A DNA stretch of 33,902 bases from Perkinsus olseni (GCA_013115125.1 JABANN010000380.1:1-33902); one strand, 5' to 3'. Shown: positions 10,897 to 22,357, counted from the stretch's first letter. The notes: a model not told the origin generated them from the sequence alone. Numbers and translations: made by a program.

Positions 10897-11790
10897 CTAG
10901 TGAAAGAAACAAGCGCAGGAGATGTTCCTCTTGTGAGGGTTCTGTCCACCAACGCATCTGCCAAGCCTAGAGTCACCCGCGTGCCTCTGGCAGACGCTGC
11001 CGGGCAGCTCGCTGTCACAGGCGAGATCACCGCCATAACAAGCCTTGCGAGGGAGCGTCGGGGAAGCAGTAGTTGTCACAGGGGCGCCGCTAGGCGTAGT
11101 CGTGGTGTTGGCGGGTGTGTGGCTGGGCGTAGTGCTGGTGTTTGGGGTTCGAGTAGTGGTAGTCTTTACAGGCTCACAGCTCGGAGTGGTGGTAGTATTG
11201 ACAGGCTCACAGCTCGGAGTGGTGGTAGTCTTGACAGGCTCACAGCTCGGAGTTGTGGTGGTCTTGACAGGCTTGCAGCTCGGCGTAGTGGTAGTGGTGG
11301 TTGTAGTAGTTCGCTTAGTAGTAGTGGTCTTGACAGGCTTGCAGCTCGGCGTAGTGGTAGTGGTGGTTGTAGTAGTGCGCTTAGTGGTTGTAGTCTTCAC
11401 AGGCTTGCAGCTCGGAGTAGTGGTAGTGGTGGTTGTAGTCTTCACAGGCTCGCAGCTCGGAGTAGTGGTAGTGGTGGTTGTAGTCTTCACAGGCTCGCAG
11501 CTCGGAGTAGTGGTAGTTTTAGCCGGCTCGCAGCTTGGCGTAGTAGTAGGCTGAGCAGTCGGGTCCTCACAATCACAGCGGACGAGCCTAGTGTCCCTAT
11601 CGTGAAGGCTCTTGCAAACACGTCCAGCGAGATGGGGCTGGTAACTCTTACAATAAGACCCCAAGCCAATCTCCTTCCTGCAAAGAGCAGTGCCGCACAG
11701 TCTGCTGCTGTTTGTTGTGGTACTGGCAACAGCAGTATCAACGGAAGCGGCAACAGCGACCGCGGCGATAGCGATGTAACGAGGCAACAT
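10897..11790 (-). CDS. Secreted mucin-like protein: signal peptide, six-Cys module, Thr-rich repeats, second six-Cys module
   Basis: ATG start and hydrophobic leader MLPRYIAIAAVAVAASVDTAVA. Nine PSC[EK]P[VA][KN]T(n) repeats. Flanking modules have a C..C..C..C..CxC pattern. Confidence 0.9.
   Translation of the reverse strand: MLPRYIAIAAVAVAASVDTAVASTTTNSSRLCGTALCRKEIGLGSYCKSYQPHLAGRVCKSLHDRDTRLVRCDCEDPTAQPTTTPSCEPAKTTTTPSCEPVKTTTTTTTTPSCEPVKTTTTTTTTPSCKPVKTTTTKRTTTTTTTTTPSCKPVKTTTTKRTTTTTTTTTPSCKPVKTTTTPSCEPVKTTTTPSCEPVNTTTTPSCEPVKTTTTRTPNTSTTPSHTPANTTTTPSGAPVTTTASPTLPRKACYGGDLACDSELPGSVCQRHAGDSRLGRCVGGQNPHKRNISCACFFH
11150..11548 (-). repeat. Coding minisatellite (30-nt base unit with ACN triplet expansions)
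   Basis: On the + strand, ACAGGCT(T/C)(G/A)CAGCTCGG(A/C)GT(A/G)GTGGT... repeats nine times. Confidence 0.9.
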
Positions 11791-12530
11791 AGCAAGGGCT
11801 GGTGAAGATGCGAAGGGCTAGGAGAGACGGCCGAGGGAGTGACGGCGAACGAGACGCGACAGATCAAGCGTGACGGGGGTGGCGTCACGCTCTGGTTGCT
11901 GCCAGCTTGGTCCATAGTATGGACCACTAAGGACAGTACCGCGGAATGGAATGTTGGATCGTGAGTCAGTTACGGGAAGGCGGAACTGAATAGTGTGGTG
12001 ACTAACACAGCGGTGAAGCATCCGCCCTGAGTGCGGCCTCTTCGAGGTGTGGTTCGACAGGCTGCAAAAAGCAAGCTTTCAGATCCAATGCCATCTACAG
12101 GGCCATCAGCTTGATGAGCGATGACCTGTGTTTCAGCAACTCGTCCACGGTGTTGTGACCCGTCCGTCGGTCAGAGTATATCTGCCCGACAGAATTAGCC
12201 TTCATTGCGCACGTGGCGACCCTCCTCGTCCCTGGGGATCGCTCGGATATCTTAGTTGCGATCCAGTACAGAAGCTCTCAAGCCGCTGTTCGCGAAGTGA
12301 ATCGGAATATCTTGTAACGCTCGTACCGCTTGAGTTAGTCTTAAGAGATCTCTGTGTCCTCACATCAGCGTGCTCTTCATCCCCACGCCCATCGATAAGA
12401 CAGGGTTGCAAAGTTGCCCTTCATTCGGTCTGCTCTGAGGCACTTTCATGCAACACTACACCCGGCCCCGAGCCACCACACAAGAATGAGTGAAAAAATA
12501 TCGGCAGTCATGGCGCAAAAATTATCATCA

Positions 12531-13427
12531 TCATGAAGTCTTCGCTCTTCTATCCAAGCGTTCTTGAATAGCCTTCCAAGCCACGGAGAAGAACATCCCT
12601 TGCATGCCGTTGGTGATGATCCTCGTCTTGAGCCCTCTCCCGAACAGACCAGCGACGCCGTCCTTGTCAATGATCATCTTGTAGGCTTGACGATAGCTGA
12701 TCGGTTCGACCGAAGTCTGCTTCGTTGTTTTCAAAACCCTCAGCGAATTAGAAATGCAGTCCGACACAAACGACGAACAGAACCCCATAAACGCGTTCCG
12801 CACGTACTTGCCAGCCGGGAGGCTATCGAACTGGGGAAGGTTTTGAGACAGGTAGTTGTGAGTCACAAACCAGGGGTAGTGGCCGACCCACGTAGCGCTC
12901 ATCGCTCCTATGGAGCCATGCCACAGCTTGCTCACGCCGTGCTGCTTCACCTTGTCGACAAGCACTCGCATGCCGGCCTGGCCTTCAACCTGCTTGGTCG
13001 TCTTCCACGCATCGATCGGCATAAGAGCGACTCGGAAGCACGCCGCTCCACACGATGCCGCCGCAGTTTTCACACCGACGGGAATGTCCTTTGTGGCACC
13101 GCTGCTGTCTAGGAGCGCAAGAACGCCGACGTTAGCCGCGGTGTCACCGAAGCGACTCAAGGGGGCTTGCATGAGTGCAGGAAGCAGCCCTCGGTAGAAC
13201 CTCGGCACGCCTCCCTCACCGTACAGCTTTCTGAGGACCTCCATCAGGCCACCACCGTAGCGGTATTGATAGTTCATGGTCGTGCGCATCCACATCAAAG
13301 CGAATACGTTGAGTACTTGCGCGGAGGCACCAGCGATGCCACCGCGGAAAGCAGCACCCGTGGCCTTGCTCAGAACCTCACTGGTCGACAGAGCAGCACG
13401 ATCGCCCGCAGAGGAGGTGGACGCCAT
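12531..13427 (-). CDS. Mitochondrial carrier family (SLC25) protein, intronless, 298 aa
   Basis: Tripartite architecture with carrier signatures (MPIDAWKTTKQ, degenerate WMRTTMNYQY and NSLRVLKTTKQ) and EGGVPRFYRGL / HGVSKLWHGS / DGVAGLFGRGL. Substrate cannot be determined from the sequence alone. Confidence 0.93.
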   Translation of the reverse strand: MASTSSAGDRAALSTSEVLSKATGAAFRGGIAGASAQVLNVFALMWMRTTMNYQYRYGGGLMEVLRKLYGEGGVPRFYRGLLPALMQAPLSRFGDTAANVGVLALLDSSGATKDIPVGVKTAAASCGAACFRVALMPIDAWKTTKQVEGQAGMRVLVDKVKQHGVSKLWHGSIGAMSATWVGHYPWFVTHNYLSQNLPQFDSLPAGKYVRNAFMGFCSSFVSDCISNSLRVLKTTKQTSVEPISYRQAYKMIIDKDGVAGLFGRGLKTRIITNGMQGMFFSVAWKAIQERLDRRAKTS

Positions 13428-14356
13428 ATAAAGGCAACTGTGATTGTGATGGATTTCAATCCGTAGTCGGAAAATTTTCTAAGATTTTGGCTTCTTGGCG
13501 AAGTGATCCTTTTTACAACAACAGCATCGCGTCGTGAACTTCACGAAGGCTTCAGAGAGAACAGGAGACGCCAGTGCTGGGAGACACACCTTCGGCAAGG
13601 GGTCGCCCTCGCCCGCCCGAACGGTGGAAGAAAGTAAATGATGCGGTTCGGTATCTTAGGTCGCTCCCTGCACGATTCAGGAATACTCAGGCTCGGTTCC
13701 GTAGCTGGAAGCGTGAGATAGGGGCGTTGACGCTGAATATACCACCGCGTCATCAGCTGTTCAGCAAAGTAATTTCAAAATCCAGAATCGACAGATTTTC
13801 ACGCGCGAAATGCGATTCCAGGATCTGTTTTGAGTTTCATAGTCGGTCTATTGAACGACACCTTTCTGATGTCCGATGATAGCACAGCTCCCACCCGGAG
13901 CCGCGCCGCAGCTGCGCTAAATCTTTCATGATGATTCGAAGACACTGGACCCAAGACTTGATTCCAGGTGGCAAAACTCGACTGTTGTGTTCTCAATCAT
14001 TCAGTCTCGAAGCAGGAGTGACGCTCTGTTTTTAGGAGTCTATGCACGCCTTTTGAAGCTCCGAATGGATTCTGGCGAATTCGGAACCAATTCTGACTTT
14101 CGGAAATGACGCCCCTCTTAGTCGCTAGGCCGAGTCTTTTAATTAATAAGCAGCTCATTTAGCGTGCGCACTTCGGACTTGCGTTCGCGCATGCGTGCAA
14201 GACTCGAGCCGTCGCCCCGGTCAAAATATAGTGCATCTACCAATAGGCTTCATTGGTCTAGAGGTTAGTTTGCCTGACTGTTTTGAGCGTGACCTGGGTT
14301 CAAATCGAGGGTTGCTCGTTTCGCTGGGTTTCGAAAGACGAATTTGGCGCACAACG

Positions 14357-14444
14357 TGTGTCTGCCAAATTGGCAGACACATTGTAAATATTAAATATTG
14401 GCAGTAAATGTCGCCAGTAAATATTGGCAGTGCCAATATTTACT
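14357..14444. repeat. Two perfect palindromes with a 1-nt centre
   Basis: TGTGTCTGCCAA-A-TTGGCAGACACA (14357-14381) and AGTAAATATTGGCA-G-TGCCAATATTTACT (14416-14444). Confidence 0.95.
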
Positions 14445-16080
14445 AAATACTTGAGGAGTAGCCGCCAACGAACATAGTACACTCTTCAGTTGTTTTCACA
14501 AATTTCGTATTGCTCATTATGGGGTCGTTGACTGTTGGCTGACCTCGCCGCCACGCATAGTGTAGTCTTTGCGATGCTTTTGCCGCCGATATTCTTCTCC
14601 TGCTTCACGGAAGTTGCGCTGTAACTCAGCCAGGTCGTTGATGATGTGAAGACCGTAGATGGAAGATTGAATTTTAGATGGAAGAACTCGGTTGTCGTGT
14701 TCTCACTCAGCCTGTCTTAAACCAGAACCATTCGTACTCTGGACTAGCGTGGCGGCGGGATGGCAACCTGAAGCCGGTTCGGCGTTGCTTTTCGTGGAAC
14801 AAAGTAATTCTGAGACTCAGAATAGCACCCGGAATTGATCTTGACACGGAACATGCGGTTTGAGGTTCTATTCTGCGTTTCAGAAATGGTTTATTGACCG
14901 ACCCTTGCAGCCAGATACCAGCAAACCAGGCAACTGAGTTAGCATCATTATCGGTACTTACGTCTTGAATATTTTCAGGCTTTTCTCGATTGAAGCTCTC
15001 CTCATACATTGTGCTGTACATGGTTAATCGCCACGTCTCTCAGCATGGAGAGCGCCGGTTGTCGCTCCGATTTTACTCGTTAGTGGTCTTTAAAAACTCT
15101 CTCAAGACAGATTGCTTCTCAGCTTTCCCTGTTTGATGTCAGAGAGAAGCGAAGACTCTCACGACCCTTCCCCCAATTATCATGCCTCCTCGGCCAAGTC
15201 CTGGAGAACTGTACCGAAGATGATGCTGGTTGGACGCTACTACTGGGTACTAGAGAAGGGTGGTGAAACTCCGCGTTCTGTAGGAAATGCCGAGAGTGTT
15301 CAGCAGATCGATTCCGACGCTTTGCATCGATCTCTGGATCGCGGTCAACGCCTAAAAATCAACCTCTCGCACGAACTATAGTTTCTCGCGGACGATGGAG
15401 GGAGAGGATTCAGCAATGCTTCTACAATAGAAGCACTGTCGAAGGAAATCTTTCGAGAAAATTCAGCGGATTAAGTATCCACACTCGGGGCGCTTGGGCC
15501 TTGACGAAGTGGCTTGGTGAAGCCACATCGATCGAGCATAGGACCCGAGTTGTTCACCCGCGAGCTGCCGACTAAATCGCCCGACCGACAATAACGCGAT
15601 AACGCTAGTTAGACGAACCTGTGTCCGATACTTCCGCTCCGGGAGTGGAGGGATGAGGTTGGGGACAATTACCGCATCGGTCATCTGGCATGATAGAGTC
15701 TATCGTCTATCAGATAGACGGTAGCTATGGCTGTGGCGTAGTACGCCGAGCGTACGGCACGCCGCTACGGCGTTTCAGATTGGGCGCCATACAGCACACA
15801 GTATCTTTGCACGCATGCACGGGTTGGTTAGCCACGCTCTCGTTTCCGGTATTTAACTGAGGCTTAGAAAATGAAGTATCTTGTGCCTATGCTGGCACGG
15901 GGCAGGTTAACCTCAGATACCAGCCGGGCCCGATATCTCTGAAATGCTGCCCGGAGACGGTGTGAAGCCAGTTAGTAAAATAAAAAGGTTAAGACGTGAA
16001 ATTAAACAGGTAGTTGAGAAATGTGAAACACCTTCTCTCGGGCAGTCGTCTATTTCAAGCTTGAAGCTGAGATACGAGAT

Positions 16081-17200
16081 TTAGAAGAAAACAATGAAGA
16101 CAAGAATGTTGGTGCAAAGAAGTCCGGGGAGAACTCGACAGGTGGATTCTCCATTTTGGATTCTCCATATTTGGTTTCCATTTTCTCGCAGTTTTCTCCC
16201 CAAGAATCGCGCTATTTCAGGAAAGCGACGGAATTCTCTTCTTATCGAACTCATCTCATCGTTACAAGAAAAAGATAAACTTTTGCTTAAATTAAGGTAT
16301 TGACTGATTGGCGTGAATTCAATCGCAATCTCGCTTTTGTCAGGTTGATGTGAACTCATGCTTTTGCGTTGTTCTTTGAGTCTTGCGTTCTCAGCAGTGT
16401 ATCTTCTCGCGTCGGCATCCAGTTGATTCTGAGCGCGCCAAAACACTGGTGTTGAGCTTGCTTGTTGGTATTGCTATAAATATCAACTCTACCCTTCATG
16501 ATGGCTCTAGGCTTCATCCGATGAAGTTCCTCGCAGAATCCTTCCAGCTCGGTGAAGCGGTAAGCCAATCCGCTGTAAACTTTACTGTGACAAAGCATTT
16601 TCATCGATTATCCGAGTATGCAGCAAATTGCTCAGCAATTGAATCACTTGGTAGCATTCCTACGTAGGCCGATCGGCGTGAGCGAAATCGAGACTGTTGA
16701 CTCAGCCGAGTCCGGGTATGGAGTCGGGCAGCTCTCGTGTCCTATTGAACCGTGGTGGAAGCCCCCCAACTGCTAGTTGGCATCGGACACGGGCTGCTGC
16801 CTAACTGCTGGCTCTGACACTGATGAAGGTTGAACAGTTCAGATTGAAACGTTCCTTAATAACGAGCAATACATGAATTAGTCATCACGCATTCCTGCTC
16901 TATGGCTTCGACCGACTTCATCTGCATCTTCCTCCATCCTCGCGGTCACCGTCCCAGCCGCCAGTCCTCCGACGGTTGCTCCAGCTGCTGCTATTTATTT
17001 TTTGAACAGTTCAAAGCAAGGCCACTCACTGTTCTCTTTGTTCACTGTTTCCTAGTAGGCTTTGCTAGGCTTGGCACTGGTCATTCGGAGGCTGCTCTCG
17101 GTCAGCATTGCTCTCCCCTTGACCGGTCGCAGGAAGTGGCTTCGAGCTGCGGCTTTGAGTGTCTTCCATATCGATCGCCTTGACGCGCCGTTTTGGCATA
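16081..17200 (-). pseudogene. Probable decayed or unresolved spliced coding segments
   Basis: Protein-like stretches (GLAYRFTELEGFCEELHRMKPRAIMK; NQLDADARRYTAENARLKEQRK) with candidate splice sites, but I could not build a consistent model. Confidence 0.25.
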
Positions 17201-17579
17201 CACGAAAACGTGATTCCAGCGGAGTGTTCTGATGACTGTGGATAAAAGCGAGCACATACCTAGCTGAGAGCCACCTGGTGGGGACAAACAACAGCCATTT
17301 CCAAGGCTTTCCTTTCTGCTTTTCTGAACAGTAGGTTCAAGTCTACGGGCCGTTTCACCCTTGTGCTACAGTGTTCCACACTAGTCAGGAATATAGTCCA
17401 AAAACTAAATTTATGAATAATTGCCAAGTTCCCATCTGCTTCTCCCACACGATATGCGTTAACTGCAGACAGTGAAAACCCAGGATAGCCGAGCGCACTA
17501 TATTAAGTTGTTGAATTTCCAGAGATTTCCAGTGTGCCCATACCTATAACCGTTCCGTCAAACGCCATTGGTTGGACAG

Positions 17580-18142
17580 ATGATCTCTAGTAGAGATTCT
17601 CTACGAACAAGTCATTCAAGGTTGCTCTGTGCTTGGCACTGCTACAGCCTGCTGTTCACGGCGGCGACTGTGACGTCGGAGATAGTTTCTGCAAGGGAAG
17701 GTTCGGTAATGTCTACTCTTGCAAGATTCGTAAGCAGTCGCCGACTGAGGTGAGGTACTGCAATTTCATCGACGACTGGAAAACGGAGACCCCATGCCTG
17801 TGTGAGGATCCCAATCCACACAAGGATTGTAAATACGGCGACGACTACTGCAAGGACGCATACGGTGTTACCTCCAAATGGGAACTCTACGAGATGTCCC
17901 CTAAGGAAGTTCGCAAATGTAAGTTCATAGACTGGGAAGCTGACTCCAAGTGCCGCTGCGAGGAGGCTCTCCCGACGACCACAACCACCACTCCCGAACC
18001 CATAACCGGCTGCCCCAACCCTCAAGGCGGTAGGTTCTGCCAGTGGCAGGTCGGTAGAACTAGCAAGTGCTACCCCGGTCCAGCCTGGGTCCCTCACGGG
18101 TACTGCAGTGGCTCATCTTTTAAATGCCCTTGCTATCTCTAA
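17580..18142 (+). pseudogene. Secreted protein with three six-Cys modules (copy 1); start region frameshifted by a 14-nt fold-back insertion at 17589-17602
   Basis: ORF 17633..18142 has no in-frame ATG (in-frame TAG at 17591). Deleting AGTAGAGATTCTCT restores ATG ATC TCT ACG AAC AAG... = MISTNKSFKVALCLALLQPAVHG, a signal peptide in frame with the Cys modules. Module 2 also has Trp where module 1 has its third Cys. Confidence 0.75.
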
Positions 18143-18764
18143 TCCCAGGGAGCCTTGAAGTTGTTGATGTTTATTCATGCAATTGGTGTTGATGGCTTTC
18201 ATGTTTTGTTCCGAGTTTCACAATCTCACAGGGTCATGTCGCCGATTGATGGTGAATCGGTAAGGAAATGGACCGCTCGGGATTTGCTCGAGCCGTGGGA
18301 GAGGGAGGCGGTTGAAAGCGGCCACAGAAGGTGTGTTCCGTGTCCTTCTCGAAATCTGCTGTGTCTGATAGGGTTGTCGGGATCATAGCAGTCACGCCAG
18401 ACTAGTGAGTAGTTTCCAATGGTAATTTCCACCTAGTTTATTTACCAGAGGCCATTAAAAAAAGCTGTGCCGAGCGAAGATAGACCTGCAGTCTGAGTGA
18501 AGTGCTGCTTCGCTACAGTACTGACGAGCAAGAACATTTGCGTTCGTTTCTCGGGGTTCTTCAATTGTTTGCTTGAGACGTGCTTACTAAGCACTGCGTA
18601 GCATGGCGCTCGCTGGAGGTCTGCTAAGAGTGGGCTTCTTTTGTAGTATACTAAGTCAACCTAAGATATGAGCAGAAAGCCGGAATTTCGTTGGAAATAT
18701 TCAAGCTAGCATACGCATTGTTGAAGACAATCGGCAGAGTCACTCTGCCAGTGTCGTAATACAG

Positions 18765-19627
18765 GGACCCGCCATCCCGAAGTGCCGTCGAGAACCAATA
18801 CGATGAGGTTGTCAACTCATGGATAGCCACCTTGGCAGAGATAGACAAGGAAACAGGACTGGGAGGTGGCGACCTCGGGTGGACTGGAGACTCTCTGAGA
18901 TGCCGTAGCCCGGAATTGAACCCACGGCTCTCTCAGGGACTGCGGTACTGGGAGAGTTGAAGTCCATGGACGGAGATTTGCCTCCACTCCGCCAAGGCGT
19001 CAGTGAACAGGCCCTCTGCAAGGTATAGTTAATTTCCTGGCGCGCGAGAAATTGTCAACCTGCCGTCTGACCAGGCCCATTTGGTCCGTGCCAAGTTCTA
19101 CAAGCTGTTGGGTGAAGAGGAGAAGGCACTGCATGAGTATTCTTCTTTGTGTGCTCGCATGAATGGGCGTTGATGATCCTTGAGCGTCGAGTTCGATACT
19201 ATTAAATCGATAGTATTCGAGGAAATTTTCCCAGAGCAGTCCCATATGCATGTTTGCGACGCGCGCCGTGCCTTGCATACCAGAATTTTCCCAATTCACC
19301 GGCATTTGCCATGTAGTTGACTTTTTTGAATGTTTGCGTACGACAATGTTCGTCCCTGGGAGGAGAGATGGGCCATTCTGGATGGCTTGGAGAAGGCAGT
19401 GTCGACAGGCTTCCTCATCGTCGTTATTGGCTTGTTTGCGCTGATGATGAGGTAATCGTGTGACGCCAGCTTCCAATCCCAATGGTGGTTCTCACTGAAA
19501 ACTTCTCAGGTTCCGGGGAAATGCCTTGAAACATGCTGAGGAGTTTTTCGTCTTCGAAGCGCAAGATTCGGAGTGCAGTACATACGCCGACTCCTCGTCT
19601 GAGTCGGTTAGTGATCTCGATTTCTGA
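18765..19627 (+). CDS. Multi-exon hypothetical protein with C-terminal transmembrane helix (5' part and middle exons unresolved); exons include 18765-18865, 18937-19022, 19075-19136, ...-19451, 19510-19627
   Basis: Phase-consistent joins give DPPSRSAVENQYDEVVNSWIATLAEIDKETGLG-GTAVLGELKSMDGDLPPLRQGVSEQALCK-AHLVRAKFYKLLGEEEKALH... and ...AVSTGFLIVVIGLFALMMR-FRGNALKHAEEFFVFEAQDSECSTYADSSSESVSDLDF*. Confidence 0.5.
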
Positions 19628-20000
19628 TCTGTTATTCGGAAGGCTGTGGGTTCGAGACCCTCAACCTCTCAATATCACTGACTGAGTATTCTCATTATAG
19701 CTTGTTTCATTCAAGCCTTGCCGATGTTTTGTTGGTGCTCAGTCGTGACAGCTTATGCCCTCCTTGGATGTCTCCCAGAGACGATGTGCGAGAGTCGGAC
19801 TTCATCGCTGTGACCCACTGGGTCCCCGTTAAATAAACTCATCCTGACAATCGGCACCCATACCAGTAGGTTGAGGATGGGGTCCTTGTGTAGTAGTTCG
19901 TTAATATGTAGCCCCACTAGGACGAACACCACGACTGATGGGTGGTAAGAAAGCTTCTTATTGTATCATCTGCTATAGCGTAACAGACTAGTTATGCAAG

Positions 20001-20103
20001 TAAAGAGTAAGAAGTTCTTACTCTTTAGAAGTTAGAACTCTTTAGAAGTTCTTCCTCTTCTTACTCTTTAGAAGTTCTTCCTCTCTTTGAGAAGTTCTTA
20101 CTA
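20001..20103. repeat. Palindrome plus short tandem ACTCTTTAGAAGTT repeats
   Basis: TAAAGAGTAAGAA-G-TTCTTACTCTTTA (20001-20027), followed by 3-4 copies of (A)CTCTTTAGAAGTT(CTT). Confidence 0.9.
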
Positions 20104-20392
20104 AGAGCAATGCATCTATCAATACTCAACGATTGCTTGCCATGGTGACAACAATAACGTTAATATCTTCTTCTATAACAGTCCTATCATTAGTTCAACT
20201 CCCATAGAACGAGTGACAATGGACAGAGCTTATTAACTGGTTCTCCAGGACTCCTGGAGGCGGAGAACTACTCAATGCTATCTGCGCTGATCCTAGGCCA
20301 ATTTGTATTACTCAGAGTAATTTACTCTCCCATGGAGGTCGTCTCCTAGACTGCATCGCCATTGCCATCGAACGTTTCTTGATTAACTGAGC

Positions 20393-20707
20393 TCAACATC
20401 GCTCGTGAAGCGGGAACCAGTTGCTCTGGTAAGCAGTTTCGCACTCCACGGAAAACATGCCCACATCGCCAGGAAGGCCAACAAAAACTATCTTGACGGG
20501 ATTGGGGCCTTCCGACTCGTAAACGAAATGACCAATGTGCATGTATGCGTTGTCGTCGAGCTTGGGTCCGAGGGAGGGGGTCGGAACTGGAGTTTGGCTA
20601 AGGCCCGAATGTTGATTGGATTCTGGTTGGGGGGCGGGCCGACACTTGCGGTTACCGTGGACCAGAGGGAAGAGAGGAAGGGCTGAGATGATGAGGCGCG
20701 AGATCAT
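20393..20707 (-). pseudogene. 3'-truncated paralogue of the secreted protein at 26292-27173
   Basis: MISRLIISALPLFPLVHGN...YMHIGHFVYESEGPNPVKIVFVGLPGDVGMFSVECE...SNWFPL aligns with MMILRLIASALPFFPLVNGN...YKHIGYFVYEPKGPGLVEMVFVGLPGDVGLFSVKCE...SSWFRL. Homology then stops abruptly near 20400. Confidence 0.85.
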
Positions 20708-20734
20708 TATTGATGAGTGGACAGCAATCTACTC

Positions 20735-20989
20735 CAAGCTTAGCACTATCGATTAGGATGAACGTGATCCTAAGCTTCGTGAGCGAATAGACAGTCCCAA
20801 GGGTACGCAAGCCCAAAAGCAAGGACACCTCCTGCTGTGGAGCGAAGCTGATAATTCCTCAGTGAGGAAGTCCCAGGAGAAAGCAAACTCCATTGGCAAC
20901 GTTAGTGGCGCACACAAGCGCGAGACAACAGATGCCAGGGACCACTGCGCGAGTCCTCCGGGAACGTATTCCGTGGCGCGTGACACGAT
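20735..20989 (+). repeat. ~260-bp non-coding block in three copies (20735-20989, 22752-23003, 29092-29370)
   Basis: Shared TATCGATTAGGATGAACG(C/T)GATCCTAAGCTTCGT...GAATAGACAGTCCC...GTCCTCCGGGAAC...GCGTGACACGATA. Copies 1 and 3 lie upstream of the minus-strand secreted-protein paralogues. Confidence 0.92.
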
Positions 20990-21962
20990 ACTATCGTCGC
21001 ATGGGGTATTTCTCAACCGCGATTGCGGCGCACCTAATGAGCGAGAAAACTACTACACTGATAGTGTTGCACTCAGTGTGATACACTGGTAGTGCAACAC
21101 ACTTTATCCCATTCGCTACCACATGTAGATGCTATTCTATCGCACGCACATTCCTGCGACACTTCGGGGCATTTCGGGTTCGCGACGTGACGTCACGCCC
21201 CGCGGTTGTGTTTAGAGCTTCGGTCGGGACACTGGCTGACTCAAGAGCCATAAGATAGATGAGTAGAAAAGTATGTAGTTAATTAGTTAGTCTTTCATGC
21301 CGTGTATCTTGTGGCAGTTTCAACAAAGATACACTGAATCGGCGCTTGCCCTTGTGCAACAGCGCAAACAGGTTGCTCAATGAGTCAAGCAAAAAGTTAT
21401 TTAGAGGAAGTGCCAGACTCAAAGTGACGGAAGAATCGATGGGTTATGCCTCCAAACATCTTGTAGCGTTGTTTCCGGTGGCAGTTTCCGCGTGCGGCAA
21501 GGTCTACAATGGAGCCACAGTTGTTGCACATCTCTCCATGCTACTTACTCCGTTGCCGGCGCAGGGAAGACTTCCCTGGGAAGTGTACGTGTGCGCTATT
21601 CTACTCAACAACTACGTGTAGAGTGGATTGGATAGAAGAGAATCTCTTCAAGAGATCCGATAAGCAGGAGAGGCGTGGGAAGTGAAATAGCTATTGGGCA
21701 GAAGCTTTGTAGCTATGAAGAATTGTGTGATGGGACGGTGCACGTGTGAGTGAGTTCTAGTCTAACACCGGTTCCGGCTTTGCGAGGCCCTAGCCTATGC
21801 TCAGTCACGGCGAGTCCGACTCAGCTAACCACTTTGTCTCTAGTGTGAGTCACGCTACGTAACTCATATTCCCGGAGTTTCGAATTGAGACACTCGGAAC
21901 GAGTGACTCGGCGAATCGTAGCCCTCACTTGACTCTGAAAGTCTTATAGTATCTTCATCTCG

Positions 21963-22261
21963 ATGGCTGTAGCTCTGAACAGCTTTCAAGTGGTCGTTGT
22001 CCTGGTAATAACTCAACTTGGGTCTCCGGTACATGGCGGCGACTGTGACGTCGGAGATAGTTTCTGCCAAGGAAGGTTTGGTAATGCCTACTCTTGCAGC
22101 AGTCGCCGACTGAGGTGAGGTACTGCAATTTCATCGACGACTGGAAAACGGAGACCCCATGCCTGTGTGAGGATCCCAATCCACACAAGGATTGTAAATA
22201 CGGCGACGACTACTGCAAGGACGCATACGGTGTTACCTCCAAATGGGAACTCTACGAGATG
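21963..22261 (+). pseudogene. Six-Cys-module secreted protein, copy 2 (10-nt deletion frameshift; runs into assembly gap)
   Basis: ATG 21963 gives MAVALNSFQVVVVLVITQLGSPVHGGDCDVGDSFCQGRFGNAYSC. AAGATTCGTA is missing relative to copy 1, and the downstream sequence is identical to copy 1 up to the gap. Confidence 0.85.
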
Positions 22262-22357
22262 NNNNNNNNNNNNNNNNNNNNNNNNNNNNNNNNNNNNNNN
22301 NNNNNNNNNNNNNNNNNNNNNNNNNNNNNNNNNNNNNNNNNNNNNNNNNNNNNNNNN
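22262..22357. other. Assembly gap (96 N)
   Basis: Run of N. Confidence 0.99.

Noticed and set aside
10900-11805. Long + strand ORFs (301 aa and 169 aa) overlapping the mucin gene
   Set aside because: They are antisense shadows of the Thr-rich repeat. The minus-strand frame has the ATG, signal peptide and Cys modules.
12564-13466. + strand ORFs over the mitochondrial carrier
   Set aside because: They are antisense to a clearly recognisable gene and show no independent protein features.
13428-13540. Relic spliced leader upstream of the intronless carrier gene (retrogene test)
   Set aside because: No leader-like sequence was found on the coding strand, so a retrogene origin is unsupported.
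16820-16860. Second hammerhead-like string CTGATGA...GAAACGTTC
   Set aside because: Stem II is weak and not G-C closed, and the flanks cannot form stem I.
19000-19482. 160-aa minus-strand ORF
   Set aside because: It overlaps phase-consistent + strand exons with canonical splice sites, so it is likely an antisense shadow.
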